Positions 41,941 through 52,138 of a stretch of DNA of 64,000 nucleotides are shown one piece after another. The DNA is from an uncultured delta proteobacterium. GTDB lineage: Bacteria > Myxococcota_A > Polyangia > Polyangiales > B10-G4. Position 1 is the first letter of the stretch, and the number at the start of each line of letters is the position of its first letter. The notes beneath the pieces were generated by a model that was not told where the DNA came from, did not search any database, and saw nothing but the letters and a program-made list of their open reading frames with translations. A program made the translations under genes and the position numbers. The DNA lies in contig CAVSGI010000010.1 of the NCBI GenBank assembly GCA_963727445.1, positions 768,001 to 832,000 on the forward strand, given 5' to 3'.

Positions 41941-43635
41941 ATGAGAACACTCGCAATCGCCGCCACCCTGGCCATGGCCACGGCGGTCCTCCTCACACCC
42001 ACCGAGGCCGAAGCCTGTGGTGGGTTCTTCTGTGGTCAGCAGCCGGTCGACCAGCAGGCCGAGCGCGTCGTCTTCGCCATGAACGGCGACGGCACCGTGA
42101 CCATGATCTCGCAGATCAGCTACACCGGGGCGTCGGAAGACTTCGCCTGGGTCCTGCCGCTCTCGGCGGTCCCCGCGGTGGAGAGCCTGGAGACGTTTCC
42201 GCAGCTCGCCCTCACCGGGCTCGACGCGCAGACGGGCCCGCAGTTCGTGATGCCCACGGATTGCCCCGGGCTCTTCCTCGAGGATGCAGCCACGGGCGGC
42301 ACCGGCGGAGGCCCGTCCCGCTCCGGTGGTGGCGTCGAGGTGCACATCCGGGCCGAGGTCGGCCCCTACGACGTCGCGGTGATCGAGTCCACGGACCCGA
42401 TGGCGCTCTACGAATGGCTGCGCACCGAAGGCTATCGGGTCAGCTCGGCGATGGAGCCCTACATCCGCGTCTACACCGAGGAGGGGATGAAGTTCCTCGC
42501 CCTCAAGCTCCAGGACGACGCCGACACCAGCGACATCACCCCGTTCAAGTTCACCCTCCCGGGCGACGTCCCCTCGGTGCCGCTCCGCCTCACCGCGCTG
42601 GCGGCCGAGCCGGAGATGGGCATCGCCGTCTTCATCCTCGGTGACATGCGTTACGGCCCGGCCGGCACCTGGACCGAGGTGGACATCGACGACAGCGAGA
42701 TCGTCTGGCGCCCATACACCTACCCGATGGAGACCAACTGGGCCGCGCTCGTCGCGCGCGCGGTGGACGCCGTCGAAGGCCGCGGCTTCGTGACCGAGTA
42801 CGCCGGCTCCACCGCCGACTACCTCGATCTGCTGCGCAGCTCGGCGCCGAGCGACCCCGACCAGATCGCGGCCACCGAGGCGCTCCTCGACCTCATGGGC
42901 TCCCATCCCTACATGACGCGCCTCTACACGCGCCTGTCGCCCGGCGAGATGACGAGCGACCCGAGCTTCCGCCGCACGGCCGGCGGCGACGTGGACCGGC
43001 TGCGTCAGCTCGAGCGCTACGTCGACGGCCGCGACCTCTGCTCCATGGACGGCAGCACGGGCTATCCCACCGACAGCACCACCCCGTGCGACTTCGCCAG
43101 CTGCGGCGCGGGCGGCCTGTGCCGCGTGGTGGCGGGCTCCACCGCGACCGATCCCGGCGTCGCCGGCTGCGCGTGCGTGCCGGGCGCCACCGCCCGCACC
43201 ACCTTCGACCCCGCGGGCCGGCCCACCGTGTCCTGCATCGACCAGCGGCTCAGCTTCATGAACCCGGGCGACCGCGAGAGCGGCGACGTGCTGGCAGATC
43301 CCTGCGTCGGCTTCGACTGCGGCGCCGGCTCCTGCGTCTCGATGAACATGACCCCGACCTGCATCTGTGACCGCGGGATGGTCGCCGTCGGCTCCCTCGC
43401 CGAGGACGGCACCCGCCTCACCAACTGCGTCACGCCCACCGAAAGCATCCCGGGCGACTTCTACGAGTGGCGGCTGCCCGACCTGCCGGCGCAGCTCCCG
43501 GGTGGCCGTGAGGTCGTCGTGCCTCCGGCGCGCACCCTCGGCGGCGGCGGCTGCAGCAGCACGGGCTCGCCCGCGCCCGCTGCGCTCGCCTTCTTCGCCC
43601 TCGTCGGTCTCTTCGCCATCCGCCGCCGGAAGTGA
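41941..43635 (+). CDS. DUF2330-like protein with Cys-rich region and MYXO-CTERM-type tail
   Basis: AEACGGFFC, FAWVLP, VGPYD, LTRLYT-like motif; terminal GGGCS...hydrophobic...RRRK. Confidence 0.82.
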   Translation: MRTLAIAATLAMATAVLLTPTEAEACGGFFCGQQPVDQQAERVVFAMNGDGTVTMISQISYTGASEDFAWVLPLSAVPAVESLETFPQLALTGLDAQTGPQFVMPTDCPGLFLEDAATGGTGGGPSRSGGGVEVHIRAEVGPYDVAVIESTDPMALYEWLRTEGYRVSSAMEPYIRVYTEEGMKFLALKLQDDADTSDITPFKFTLPGDVPSVPLRLTALAAEPEMGIAVFILGDMRYGPAGTWTEVDIDDSEIVWRPYTYPMETNWAALVARAVDAVEGRGFVTEYAGSTADYLDLLRSSAPSDPDQIAATEALLDLMGSHPYMTRLYTRLSPGEMTSDPSFRRTAGGDVDRLRQLERYVDGRDLCSMDGSTGYPTDSTTPCDFASCGAGGLCRVVAGSTATDPGVAGCACVPGATARTTFDPAGRPTVSCIDQRLSFMNPGDRESGDVLADPCVGFDCGAGSCVSMNMTPTCICDRGMVAVGSLAEDGTRLTNCVTPTESIPGDFYEWRLPDLPAQLPGGREVVVPPARTLGGGGCSSTGSPAPAALAFFALVGLFAIRRRK

Positions 43636-44120
43636 ACGCCGCGAAGCACATCCTCGCGCAGGCCCTCGCCGCAGCGCTCCTCCTTCTGGGGGGCTGCGCT
43701 GCGGAGGTGGGCCAGGGCACGCTCGAGCTCGGCAGCGGCGAGTGGCAGTTCGAGGCCATCGACGACGGCACCGAGGTCGACATGATCCACGGCGCGCAGG
43801 GGGGCATCCACGTGTGGGTCTCGATGCGCGCCACGGGTCTCGATCCCGACCGCGTGCACATGGAGCTCGTCACCGAGAAGCTCGACGGCACCCTCGCCCC
43901 CGAGACGAGCGAAGTCGACATCCGTCTCGACACCTCCGACGAGGGCGGCGTGGTGACGGAAGAGATGCTCGGCTGGCCCGCGGTCCTCGCGGCGCCGGGG
44001 TGCGTGGTCGACTCCGAGCTGCTCATCACCGTGACCCTGACCGACGACAAGGGAACGGTCGCCACCGACCAACTCACCGTGCTACCCCGCGGCACCGACA
44101 TGCCCGCTTGCGATCTCTGA
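43632..44120 (+). CDS. Hypothetical lipoprotein
   Basis: Lipobox LGGC; LELGSG and GAQGGIHVW motifs; GTGA overlap. Confidence 0.75.
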   Translation: MNAAKHILAQALAAALLLLGGCAAEVGQGTLELGSGEWQFEAIDDGTEVDMIHGAQGGIHVWVSMRATGLDPDRVHMELVTEKLDGTLAPETSEVDIRLDTSDEGGVVTEEMLGWPAVLAAPGCVVDSELLITVTLTDDKGTVATDQLTVLPRGTDMPACDL

Positions 44121-44143
44121 AACCTCGACCCAGGAAATCAGCC

Positions 44144-44602
44144 ATGTCCGGACGCCTCCTGCCCTGCCCCGCCTGTGCGCGCCACGTGCGCATCATCGAG
44201 TCCTTCTGCCCCTTCTGCGGCAACACGCTGCCCCTCGCGTATCAATCCGCGGGGCCCGCGGTCCTGCCGAAGAGACGCCTGGGGCGCGCGGCGCTCGCCG
44301 CCTTCGGCGCGGCTGCGATCATGAGCGGCTGCGGCGGAGACGACACCAGCGCGACCGACTCCTCCATCACCGTGGACTCGTCGGCTGACTCGACCATGGC
44401 GGACTCGAGCACGCCCGACGCGACGGCGGACACGGGGATCGCGCCCGCCTACGGCGCTCCCGTCGACGCCGGGCCCGACGCGATGGCCGACGCCACCGCG
44501 GACACCTCGGTCGCGCCCGCGTACGGCGCGGCCGCCGACGCAGGGCCGCCCGACGCGACGACCGACGGCGCCCCAGCGGCGATGTACGGCGCGCCTCCCT
44601 GA
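44144..44602 (+). CDS. Small protein with N-terminal CxxC-CPFC and repeated A(Y)GA motifs
   Basis: LLPCPACARHVR...CPFCG; hydrophobic segment plus SGC; APAYGAP, APAYGAA, AAMYGAPP; AGGA RBS. Confidence 0.8.
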   Translation: MSGRLLPCPACARHVRIIESFCPFCGNTLPLAYQSAGPAVLPKRRLGRAALAAFGAAAIMSGCGGDDTSATDSSITVDSSADSTMADSSTPDATADTGIAPAYGAPVDAGPDAMADATADTSVAPAYGAAADAGPPDATTDGAPAAMYGAPP

Positions 44603-44629
44603 GCTCGCTCTCAAGCGTCGGAGCGAGCT
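44602..44629. terminator. Possible hairpin between convergent genes
   Basis: AGCTCGCTC-N10-GAGCGAGCT followed by GTTGATT; weak U-tract. Confidence 0.4.
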
Positions 44630-44650
44630 GTTGATTGCCGCTGCCGGTGA

Positions 44651-46583
44651 TCAACCCGCTGCGATCGAGATGCGCTGGACCACCTCGGAGGGTTTCGGCG
44701 CAGCCGAGGGGCGCAGTTCGGGTGGGGCGAGCGCCGCGGGTTGAGGCCGCGCGAGATAGAAGCCCTGGACGCGGTCACAGATCGGCGGGGCCTCGGTGGT
44801 GTGGTCGAGCGCCAGGAGAAAGGCGAGCTGCTCCGCGGTCTCGATTCCCTCGGCCACCACCTCGATTCCCAGGGCGTGGGCCATGGTGATCACCGCAGTG
44901 ACAATCGCCGCATTGCTTCGGTCGTCGACCATGTCTTTGATGAAGGATCTGTCGATCTTGAGGGTGTGGACGTGCAGGCTTCGGAGCCGGTTGAGGCTCG
45001 AGTATCCCGAGCCGAAATCGTCGATGACGATTCGCACCCCCAGCTCGACGAGGCGGTCGAGAACCTGCTTTGCGAGCTCGAAGTTCTCGAACGCCACGCT
45101 CTCCGTCAGCTCGATCTCCACGGTCTCGGCCGCGATGCCCGAGTCTTCGATCGCCGTCCGCACGGTCTCGAAGAAGTCGACGTCCCGGAGCTGTCGCACC
45201 GAGACGTTGACCGCGATTGAAAGATCGGGGCGCCCATTGTTCTGCCAGGCGGCCACCTGTTGGAAAGCGGTCCTCATGACCCAGGTTCCGAGCGGGACGA
45301 TGAGCCCGGAGCGCTCCGCTTCTGGGATGAACTCAGCGGGCGAGATCATGCCGCGCTCGGGATGCATCCAGCGGACGAGCGCCTCCACCCCGCACACCTG
45401 GCGGGTTCGGGGATCCACGAGCGGCTGGTAGTGGAGCGCGAGCTCGCCCTCCGCGATCGCTCGGGCGAGCTCCTCCCGCAGCGCGGCGCGCCGAACCGAG
45501 GAGGTGAGCATGTCGTCGGAGAAGTAGCTGTACCGAGCTCCGCCAGTCGCCTTGGAAGCGTACATCGCCAGATCCGCACACCTGAGGAGCGCCTCCGCGT
45601 CCGACCCATCGTCGGGACATACGGCGATGCCGATGCTGGGCGGGCAGTCGATTCTCGTGTCCGCGCAGACTCAACGGTGCCCCACACTCCTGCATCACTC
45701 GGAGCGCGACGCTCTCGATGTCGTCGATGGACTCCAGGTCGTCGAACACCACGACGAACTCGTCGCCACCCATCCGAGCGACCGTGTCACACCCGCGCAC
45801 TGCGCGGCGCAGTCGCTCGGCCACGATACGAAGGAGCTCGTCGCCGGCGGGGTGGCCGTACGAATCGTTGACGCCTTTGAAGTTGTCGAGATCCAGGAGC
45901 AGGAGCGCGGCGCGACGCCCGTAACGGCGGGAGCGAGCCACGGCGGTCGCGATCCGATCGTTCAACAAGACCCGGTTCGGGAGGTTCGTCAACGCGTCGT
46001 GAGTGGCCAGATGCTCGAGCTCACGGGTGCGGTCACGAACGTTCTGCTCGAGCACCGCCACCTGCCCCTCGATCTGCCGTGCGAGCAGCCACTTGTGGCC
46101 GAGGGAGTGCGCCAGCTGCACTACCTCGATGGAATCGAAGGGCTTCTTGAGCACCAGGAACCGGTCGCAAGAGCCCAGAGTCTGGGTCATTTCGCTCCAC
46201 GAGTGGTCACTGTGGGCGGTGCAGATCACGACCTGGAGGTTTGGATCGACCTCCCACATCCGAGCGACGGTGCTCACGCCGTCGAGCCCGGGCGGCATGC
46301 GAACGTCCACGAAGGCTACCGCGTAGGGGTCCCCAGCGGTCGCCGCACGCGCCACCTTCTCGATGCCCTCCAGGCCCTGGTAGGCGGAGTCGATTCGAAG
46401 CGGGAGCCGATCCTCCCCTGGCGTGCTCCTCGTCTCATCGGCGAAGAGCTCGGCTTCGAGGTCCGCGAGCTCGCTGTGACTGGGGCGCACGCACGAGAGG
46501 ACCTTTTCGAAGTCGTCGTGAATCGCCGGATTGTCGTCGACGATCAGGACGCGGACGGAGGGTCGTGTGTCTCCTGGACTCAT
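44651..46583 (-). CDS. REC-GGDEF-EAL c-di-GMP enzyme; +1 frameshift at ~45650-45654
   Basis: LIVDD, FVDVRMPPG, KPF; RMGGDEF; VEALVRW, ELTES, DDFGSGYSSL, EGIET, QGF. Confidence 0.9.
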
Positions 46584-46679
46584 TGCATCTCCTCGAGTGC
46601 CCTCGGATACGACCGAAACGCCGGCCAACTTGAGGAGTGCTCAAGGTCGAAGCGAATCGACCGTAGTAGGGAAGAGTCA

Positions 46680-48709
46680 ATGACGAAAAGAAGCCTCACT
46701 GCGCGGCTCTGCGCGATGTCCATTCGGCGGCGTTGGATCGGCACGATCGCCGCTCTCACGGCGGTCGGGAGCATCCTGACCATCGTGAGCAACTACGAGA
46801 TCGGAATGTGGGGGGCACAGATAGGGGCCGCGGATTGGCTCGAATCGAGTCACCGCCGAGTCCTTGCCCAGCACAACGCGGATCTCTTTCGACGTTTGGA
46901 GCTCCAAGCCGAGCGGCTACAAGACTCGCGGCGCGTGATCGACGCTCTAGGGAGAGGAGACAAGGCGTCGTTGAGCACCGCCATTGGCAAGCAATGCGAT
47001 GTGTGGTTGCTGCGAATGCCGGGAGGAAGGCTCGTGAGCAGCCTCCCGGAGTGCGAGACCAACGCGCCCGACCTCACCGGTGAGAGCACCCGTCGCTTCG
47101 TGACCTGCGGCGACGCGGCGCTGATGGTGGCGGCGAGCAGCTCTGCGGAAGCCGGATCTCCCAGCTCTTCGTGGGAAGGAAGATCGACGACTCCTTCGTC
47201 GACGCTCTCTCCGCTCTGACCCTGACCGAAGCCGTGGTCGTGGGGCCGCGAGGTCCTATCGCCACCAGCGCAGTCGACACCGCGGGTCATCGCGTGTTTC
47301 CTCGCTTTCCGCCGGAGGTCACCCGCGCGCTCTCGTCGGCCGAGTCGTTCTTCGGCCCGGCCGAGCTCGAGATCCCCAGCTATGCAGGCTATCGCCTGGG
47401 CCAGCGGCCGATCGGCACGGGACAGGACCGATTTCGAAGCTACCTCTTCGTCGGAAACATGGACGGCGACTCCGCGTCCCCCATTCACGTGGTGTCCTTC
47501 GTGCCGCGATTCCAGATTGATCAAGGCGCGCTCTACTCGACCCTCGGGCTGGCCGCGACCTCCCTCGTGGTCTTCGCCTTGCTCCTGTTCATCGGCTGGC
47601 GCCTCGTCGTCCGCTTCACCAAACCCTTGACCGCTCTGACCGCCGCGGCCGGCCGTGTGGGCCGAGGGGAGCTGAGCACGCGGGTGCCGGTCGACGATGC
47701 GGAGGAGCTCCAGGCGCTGGCCGTCGCGTTCAACGAGATGATCGAGCGCCTCGCAACGGCACGCCGCCTCGAGGAACGCCGGGCCCGAGAGCTCAAGGCC
47801 CGCTCCGAGGAGCTCGCCACTGCATACGGCGAGCTGAAGACGGCCCACGAGGACCTGCACGCTGCGCAGACGAAGCTCCTCGAGGCGTCGCGCCTCGCCG
47901 GCATGGCCGAGGTGGCTACCAACGTTCTGCACAACGTCGGCAACGTGCTCAACAGCGTCAACGTCGCAGCTGGCGTGCTCCAAGAGGTTCTCGGGAACTC
48001 GAAGGTCTCTTCCCTCCGCAGAATCGCCGCGCTCGTGCCGGAGGACCCCGAGGAGCGCCGTCGCTTCTTTGCGGAGGACCCGCGCGCCACGAAGGTCGGG
48101 GCGATGGTGAAGCTCGTCGCCTCCGCCATGGACGAGGAGCACGAGCGAATGGAGAGCGAGCTAGCGACGGTGAAGCAGAGCATCGATCACATCAAGGGGA
48201 TCGTGCGAAGCCAGCAAAGGATGGCGGCGTTCCGAGGCATCACGGAGCTGGCGTCGATGAGCGCGGTCCTCGACGCGGCGGTCTCCCTCCACGCCTGGGG
48301 ACGCGACGACGCGCAGATCGACAAGCAGTACTCGGAGGTGGAGCCGCTCCTCGTCGAGCGCCATCGGGTGATGCAGATCCTCATGAATCTCCTCTCCAAC
48401 GCCCGACACGCGGTGGAGTCGCTACCACCAAAGGAGCGGCGCGTGACTCTTCGCCTCTTCGAGGAGGCCGGCGTCGTGGTGGTCGAGGTGTCCGACAACG
48501 GCGTCGGCATCGATCCCGACGCTCTCTCCCGAGTCTTCCAGCACGGCTTCACGACCAAGGCAGATGGTCACGGCTTCGGGCTGCACAGCGCCGCCAACGC
48601 GGCGAGCGAGATGGGAGGGTCGCTGATGGTCGAGAGCGAAGGCCGCGGCAAGGGCGCGACGTTCCGCCTCCAACTGCCACGACGCGACGCGAGCGAGGCA
48701 GCGGCCTGA
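46680..48709 (+). CDS. Membrane sensor histidine kinase (HAMP); frameshift near 47130-47170
   Basis: N-terminal TM in frame 1; second TM, HAMP, VLHNVGNVLN H-box, NLLSNA, DNGVG, FTTK, GFGL in frame 2. Confidence 0.85.
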
Positions 48710-48721
48710 GCGCCTCTCTCC

Positions 48722-50215
48722 TCAGGGAAATACGATCCGCTCCTCCACCGTTTCGAGCAGGTTCACGTGCGGTCCGGGGGACGTGCTCTGCCGTCGATAG
48801 CGCATGCACGTGGGCGTGATGTGGCCGGAGAGGTCGCCGCTGCCGAAGGTGCCGTCGGCGGCGACCGGGTAAGTGGTTCCGCGTAGCTCGATCTCGAGGG
48901 TGGTTCCCAGGCTCTGCACGCGACCCGACGCGTAGTCCGAATCGCTGCGCCACTCCGTGCACCCGGTCTCGGGATGGCACTGGCGTGTCTGGTAGAGGTC
49001 GGCGAAACCGGAGAAGAGATGGCTCGAGCCGCCGGCGCCGAGCCAGCCGAGAGCGATGTCGGCGATCGGGTGCGCTTCGTACGGACACTCGTCACTCGCC
49101 AGGTCCGGCGCGGGCGGCGGAGTGCTGCGGAGCGGAGGCGGCTCGGTCCAGGTTCGGGTGAAGCCGTAGACGATTTCGATGGTTCCGTCAGGGGTGGGTT
49201 GGCTCTCGACGAGCGAGGTGATGGCGAAGCACCTGTCGGTGACCTGGACGAGGAAGCGGACGGGCTCGGGATCTGTCGAGAGGCCGGTGGTCGCGAGGGT
49301 GGCTGTGAAGCGACCGTTCGAGACCGGCAGGGCCATCTCGAGGGTGTCGCGGCGGTCGGATAGCTGCCAGAAGTGCAGGTCGCCGCCGTCGAGGTAGAAC
49401 CCGAGGTAGAAATCGCGGTAGCGCTCCCCGACGACGTAGGTCCAGGAGCCGCAGCCCGTGAGCGGGGTGCACTCACGGGTGTACCTCGTGATGCGCGTGG
49501 CGGTGAGGTCCGGACCGGTTCCGTCGCGGTGCGGCGTCCAGATTCCCCATCCAGTCGGGAAGTGGTCGACGATCTCGTCGCGCGTGAGCGGCGTGCCGCT
49601 GCAGGTGAAGGAAAGCTCGGCATCTTCGCTGAGGAGCTCGGCGTCATCCGGGTCCGGGTCGACGCACTCGGTGGTCTCCATCCAGGCGCCTTCGACGCAG
49701 AGCTCGCCGATCCGCCCGCGGTCGAGCAGGCCGCATGCCGTCGAGCCCGAGCGGGTGTCGCCGTCCGCGCACTCGCCCGCCCCGAGGCACGTCGAACGCC
49801 AGCGGCCTCTGTCACAGAGGCGCCCCAGCCTTCCCCGTCCGTCGGCGCCGCAAGGATCACCTGCCGGGTCCTCTTCGACGTCAGCGTCGGTGCACTCGTC
49901 CCGGTCGTCGCACTCGGATGTGCGGAGCCATTCGCCGGCCTCGCACCGCTCGAGGAATGCGCCGCGCCCGTTGAGTCCGCAGGCCGCTTCCGAGCGCCGC
50001 TCCTCGCCGTCTTCGCAGGGCCCGGTGCTCGTCGATGCGTCCTGTGACGACGCGTCCGCCCAGCCGGCGTCGTCGCCCATCGCGTCGGCCGCGACCGCGC
50101 TGTCGGAGCCCGGATTCCCGGCGTCTTCGAACGCCGGGGCTGGACGACTACCGCAGCCAACATCGAGGAGCAGGGGAATTGCAGACAGTATGACGAGTGC
50201 GGAGATCGATCTCAT
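48722..50215 (-). CDS. Cys-rich lipoprotein with internal repeats
   Basis: Lipobox DVGC; three CG..GRG....C..G.W...C repeats; two C-terminal R.C.P.TGC..W domains. Confidence 0.75.
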   Translation of the reverse strand: MRSISALVILSAIPLLLDVGCGSRPAPAFEDAGNPGSDSAVAADAMGDDAGWADASSQDASTSTGPCEDGEERRSEAACGLNGRGAFLERCEAGEWLRTSECDDRDECTDADVEEDPAGDPCGADGRGRLGRLCDRGRWRSTCLGAGECADGDTRSGSTACGLLDRGRIGELCVEGAWMETTECVDPDPDDAELLSEDAELSFTCSGTPLTRDEIVDHFPTGWGIWTPHRDGTGPDLTATRITRYTRECTPLTGCGSWTYVVGERYRDFYLGFYLDGGDLHFWQLSDRRDTLEMALPVSNGRFTATLATTGLSTDPEPVRFLVQVTDRCFAITSLVESQPTPDGTIEIVYGFTRTWTEPPPLRSTPPPAPDLASDECPYEAHPIADIALGWLGAGGSSHLFSGFADLYQTRQCHPETGCTEWRSDSDYASGRVQSLGTTLEIELRGTTYPVAADGTFGSGDLSGHITPTCMRYRRQSTSPGPHVNLLETVEERIVFP

Positions 50216-50305
50216 ACACGCCCTTACAGAAGCGGCGCGTGGCTCATTAACCGCTGCGCTCTCGGGCGCGGCTCGCACGTCTCCACCGATGCTATCCTCT
50301 CGTGC

Positions 50306-52080
50306 GTGCGCACGCTCGCAGTTCTTGCTGTGTTCTTGCTGTCGTGCTCGCCCGACTCGGCCGAGCTCGTCGTCGAGCTGCGAACGGATCTTCGCGCGGA
50401 CGACGAGTTCGACACGGTGCGTCTGGAGCTGCTGGAGGACTCGACGCCGGCCCCGACCGAGACACCGCTTCGCACGGTCGAGATGCACGCATCGCCCCTC
50501 GACGACTACTTCGAAGGGGTCGTGGTCGGAGAGATCGCTGACCTCACCACCGGAACCTACGCGCTGCGCGCCTACCTCTCGCTCCTGGGCGAAGAGGTGG
50601 CGTCGACCCAGTACGTCGTGCGGGTCGAGGGCCCGACCGGAGTCGTCATCCTGCTCACACGGGATTGCGCCGGCGTGTCATGTCCGACCGCCGGGGATTC
50701 ACCGACCAGCGTGCGATGTCTGGGCGGGACATGCGCGTCCTCCGACTGCACACCGGGAGAGCCGGGCTGCGGTCCGGGAGAATGCGCGTCGGCCGCCGAT
50801 TGCCCTGTCGTCGCTTCCTGCGCGACGGCGGCATGCATCGCGGGCGCTTGCTTCTACCGCGCCGACGACGGTGCATGCGCCAGCGGGGAGCGCTGTCACG
50901 TGGAGGACGGATGCACGCCACGACCGGCGTCGACTCGGGCGTGCCGGACAGCGGCATGCCGATGGACGCGGTCGGCGCAGATGCGGACGGCTCCGACTCG
51001 GGCGATGCCTCTTCGCCACCTGCCCCGCACGCGCCGATGACCGTAGTCGGCGGAACCAGCCAGGGCTTCACCTGCGCAATCTCCGGTGGAGACGCGTACT
51101 GTTGGGGAGCCAACTCCCGCGGTCAGCTCGGCGACGGCGCGGGGCCGGATCGCGCCACCCCGTCCCCCGTCCCGGGTTTGAGCGGCGTCGTGGAGCTCGC
51201 CGCGGGCTACGAGCACGCATGCGCGCTTCTGTCGACGGGCGGCGTTCATTGCTGGGGCGCCAATACCGACGGCGGTCTCGGCGACGGGACCCGCGTCGAT
51301 CGAACCATGCCGGTCACTGTGACCGCGCTTCCGTTCGCGGCTGTCGAGATCAGCGCTGGGCAGGGCTATACGTGCGCGCGCTCCTCAGCCGGCGAGGTGA
51401 GCTGCTGGGGCGTCAACGACGCTGGCCAACTCGGGAACGGCGTGATCGACCCGAGAAGCTTGACCCCGACCTCGGTCGTGGGGCTCTCCGACGCGGTCGA
51501 GATCGCGGCAGCCGGCTTTCACGCATGCGCGCGTCACGGGACCGGAGCCGTGTCGTGCTGGGGCCTCGCCGGACTGCTCGGCGACGGAACCAGCGAGCAC
51601 CGGCCGACGCCGGGACCGGTCGCGGGCCTCGACGACGCTGTGGCGCTCACCGCGGGGCGGTACCACGCCTGTGCGGTACGGCGCGCGGGCACGGTGGTCT
51701 GCTGGGGTGACAGCAGCACGGCGCCCCTCGGCGACGGGACGATGACGGGGGGCGCGACGCCGGTGGCCGTGATGGATCTGGCAGACATCGTGGAGATCGC
51801 CGCCGGCCGAGACCACACCTGCGCGCGGCGCGTCGACTCCACCGTTGCCTGCTGGGGTCGAAACACGGAGGGCGAGGTGGGCGATGGGACCACGATTCCC
51901 CGCCTCGTCCCGACCTCCGTCCCGATGCTCACGGGCGTCACCGACATCGGCCTCGGACGGGCGCATACCTGCGCTTGGCGAAGCTCGGGGCTCTCCTGCT
52001 GGGGTGCGAACGCGCAGGGCGAGCTCGGCAACGGTACGTTCGACGCCTCATCAGTTCCGGTGGACGTGAGCGGGCTCTGA
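50306..52080 (+). CDS. Lipoprotein with RCC1-like beta-propeller, variable-tip family member 3; -1 frameshift near 50917-50921
   Basis: Lipobox LLSC; ELVVELRTD domain; about 7 repeats of AG..H.CA....G.V.CWG.N..GQLGDG. Confidence 0.85.
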
Positions 52081-52138
52081 TCGCCGCACATCAGTCCGTA
52101 GTGCCAAAGCCGGGCCGGCAAGCTGGTATGATCGCGTC

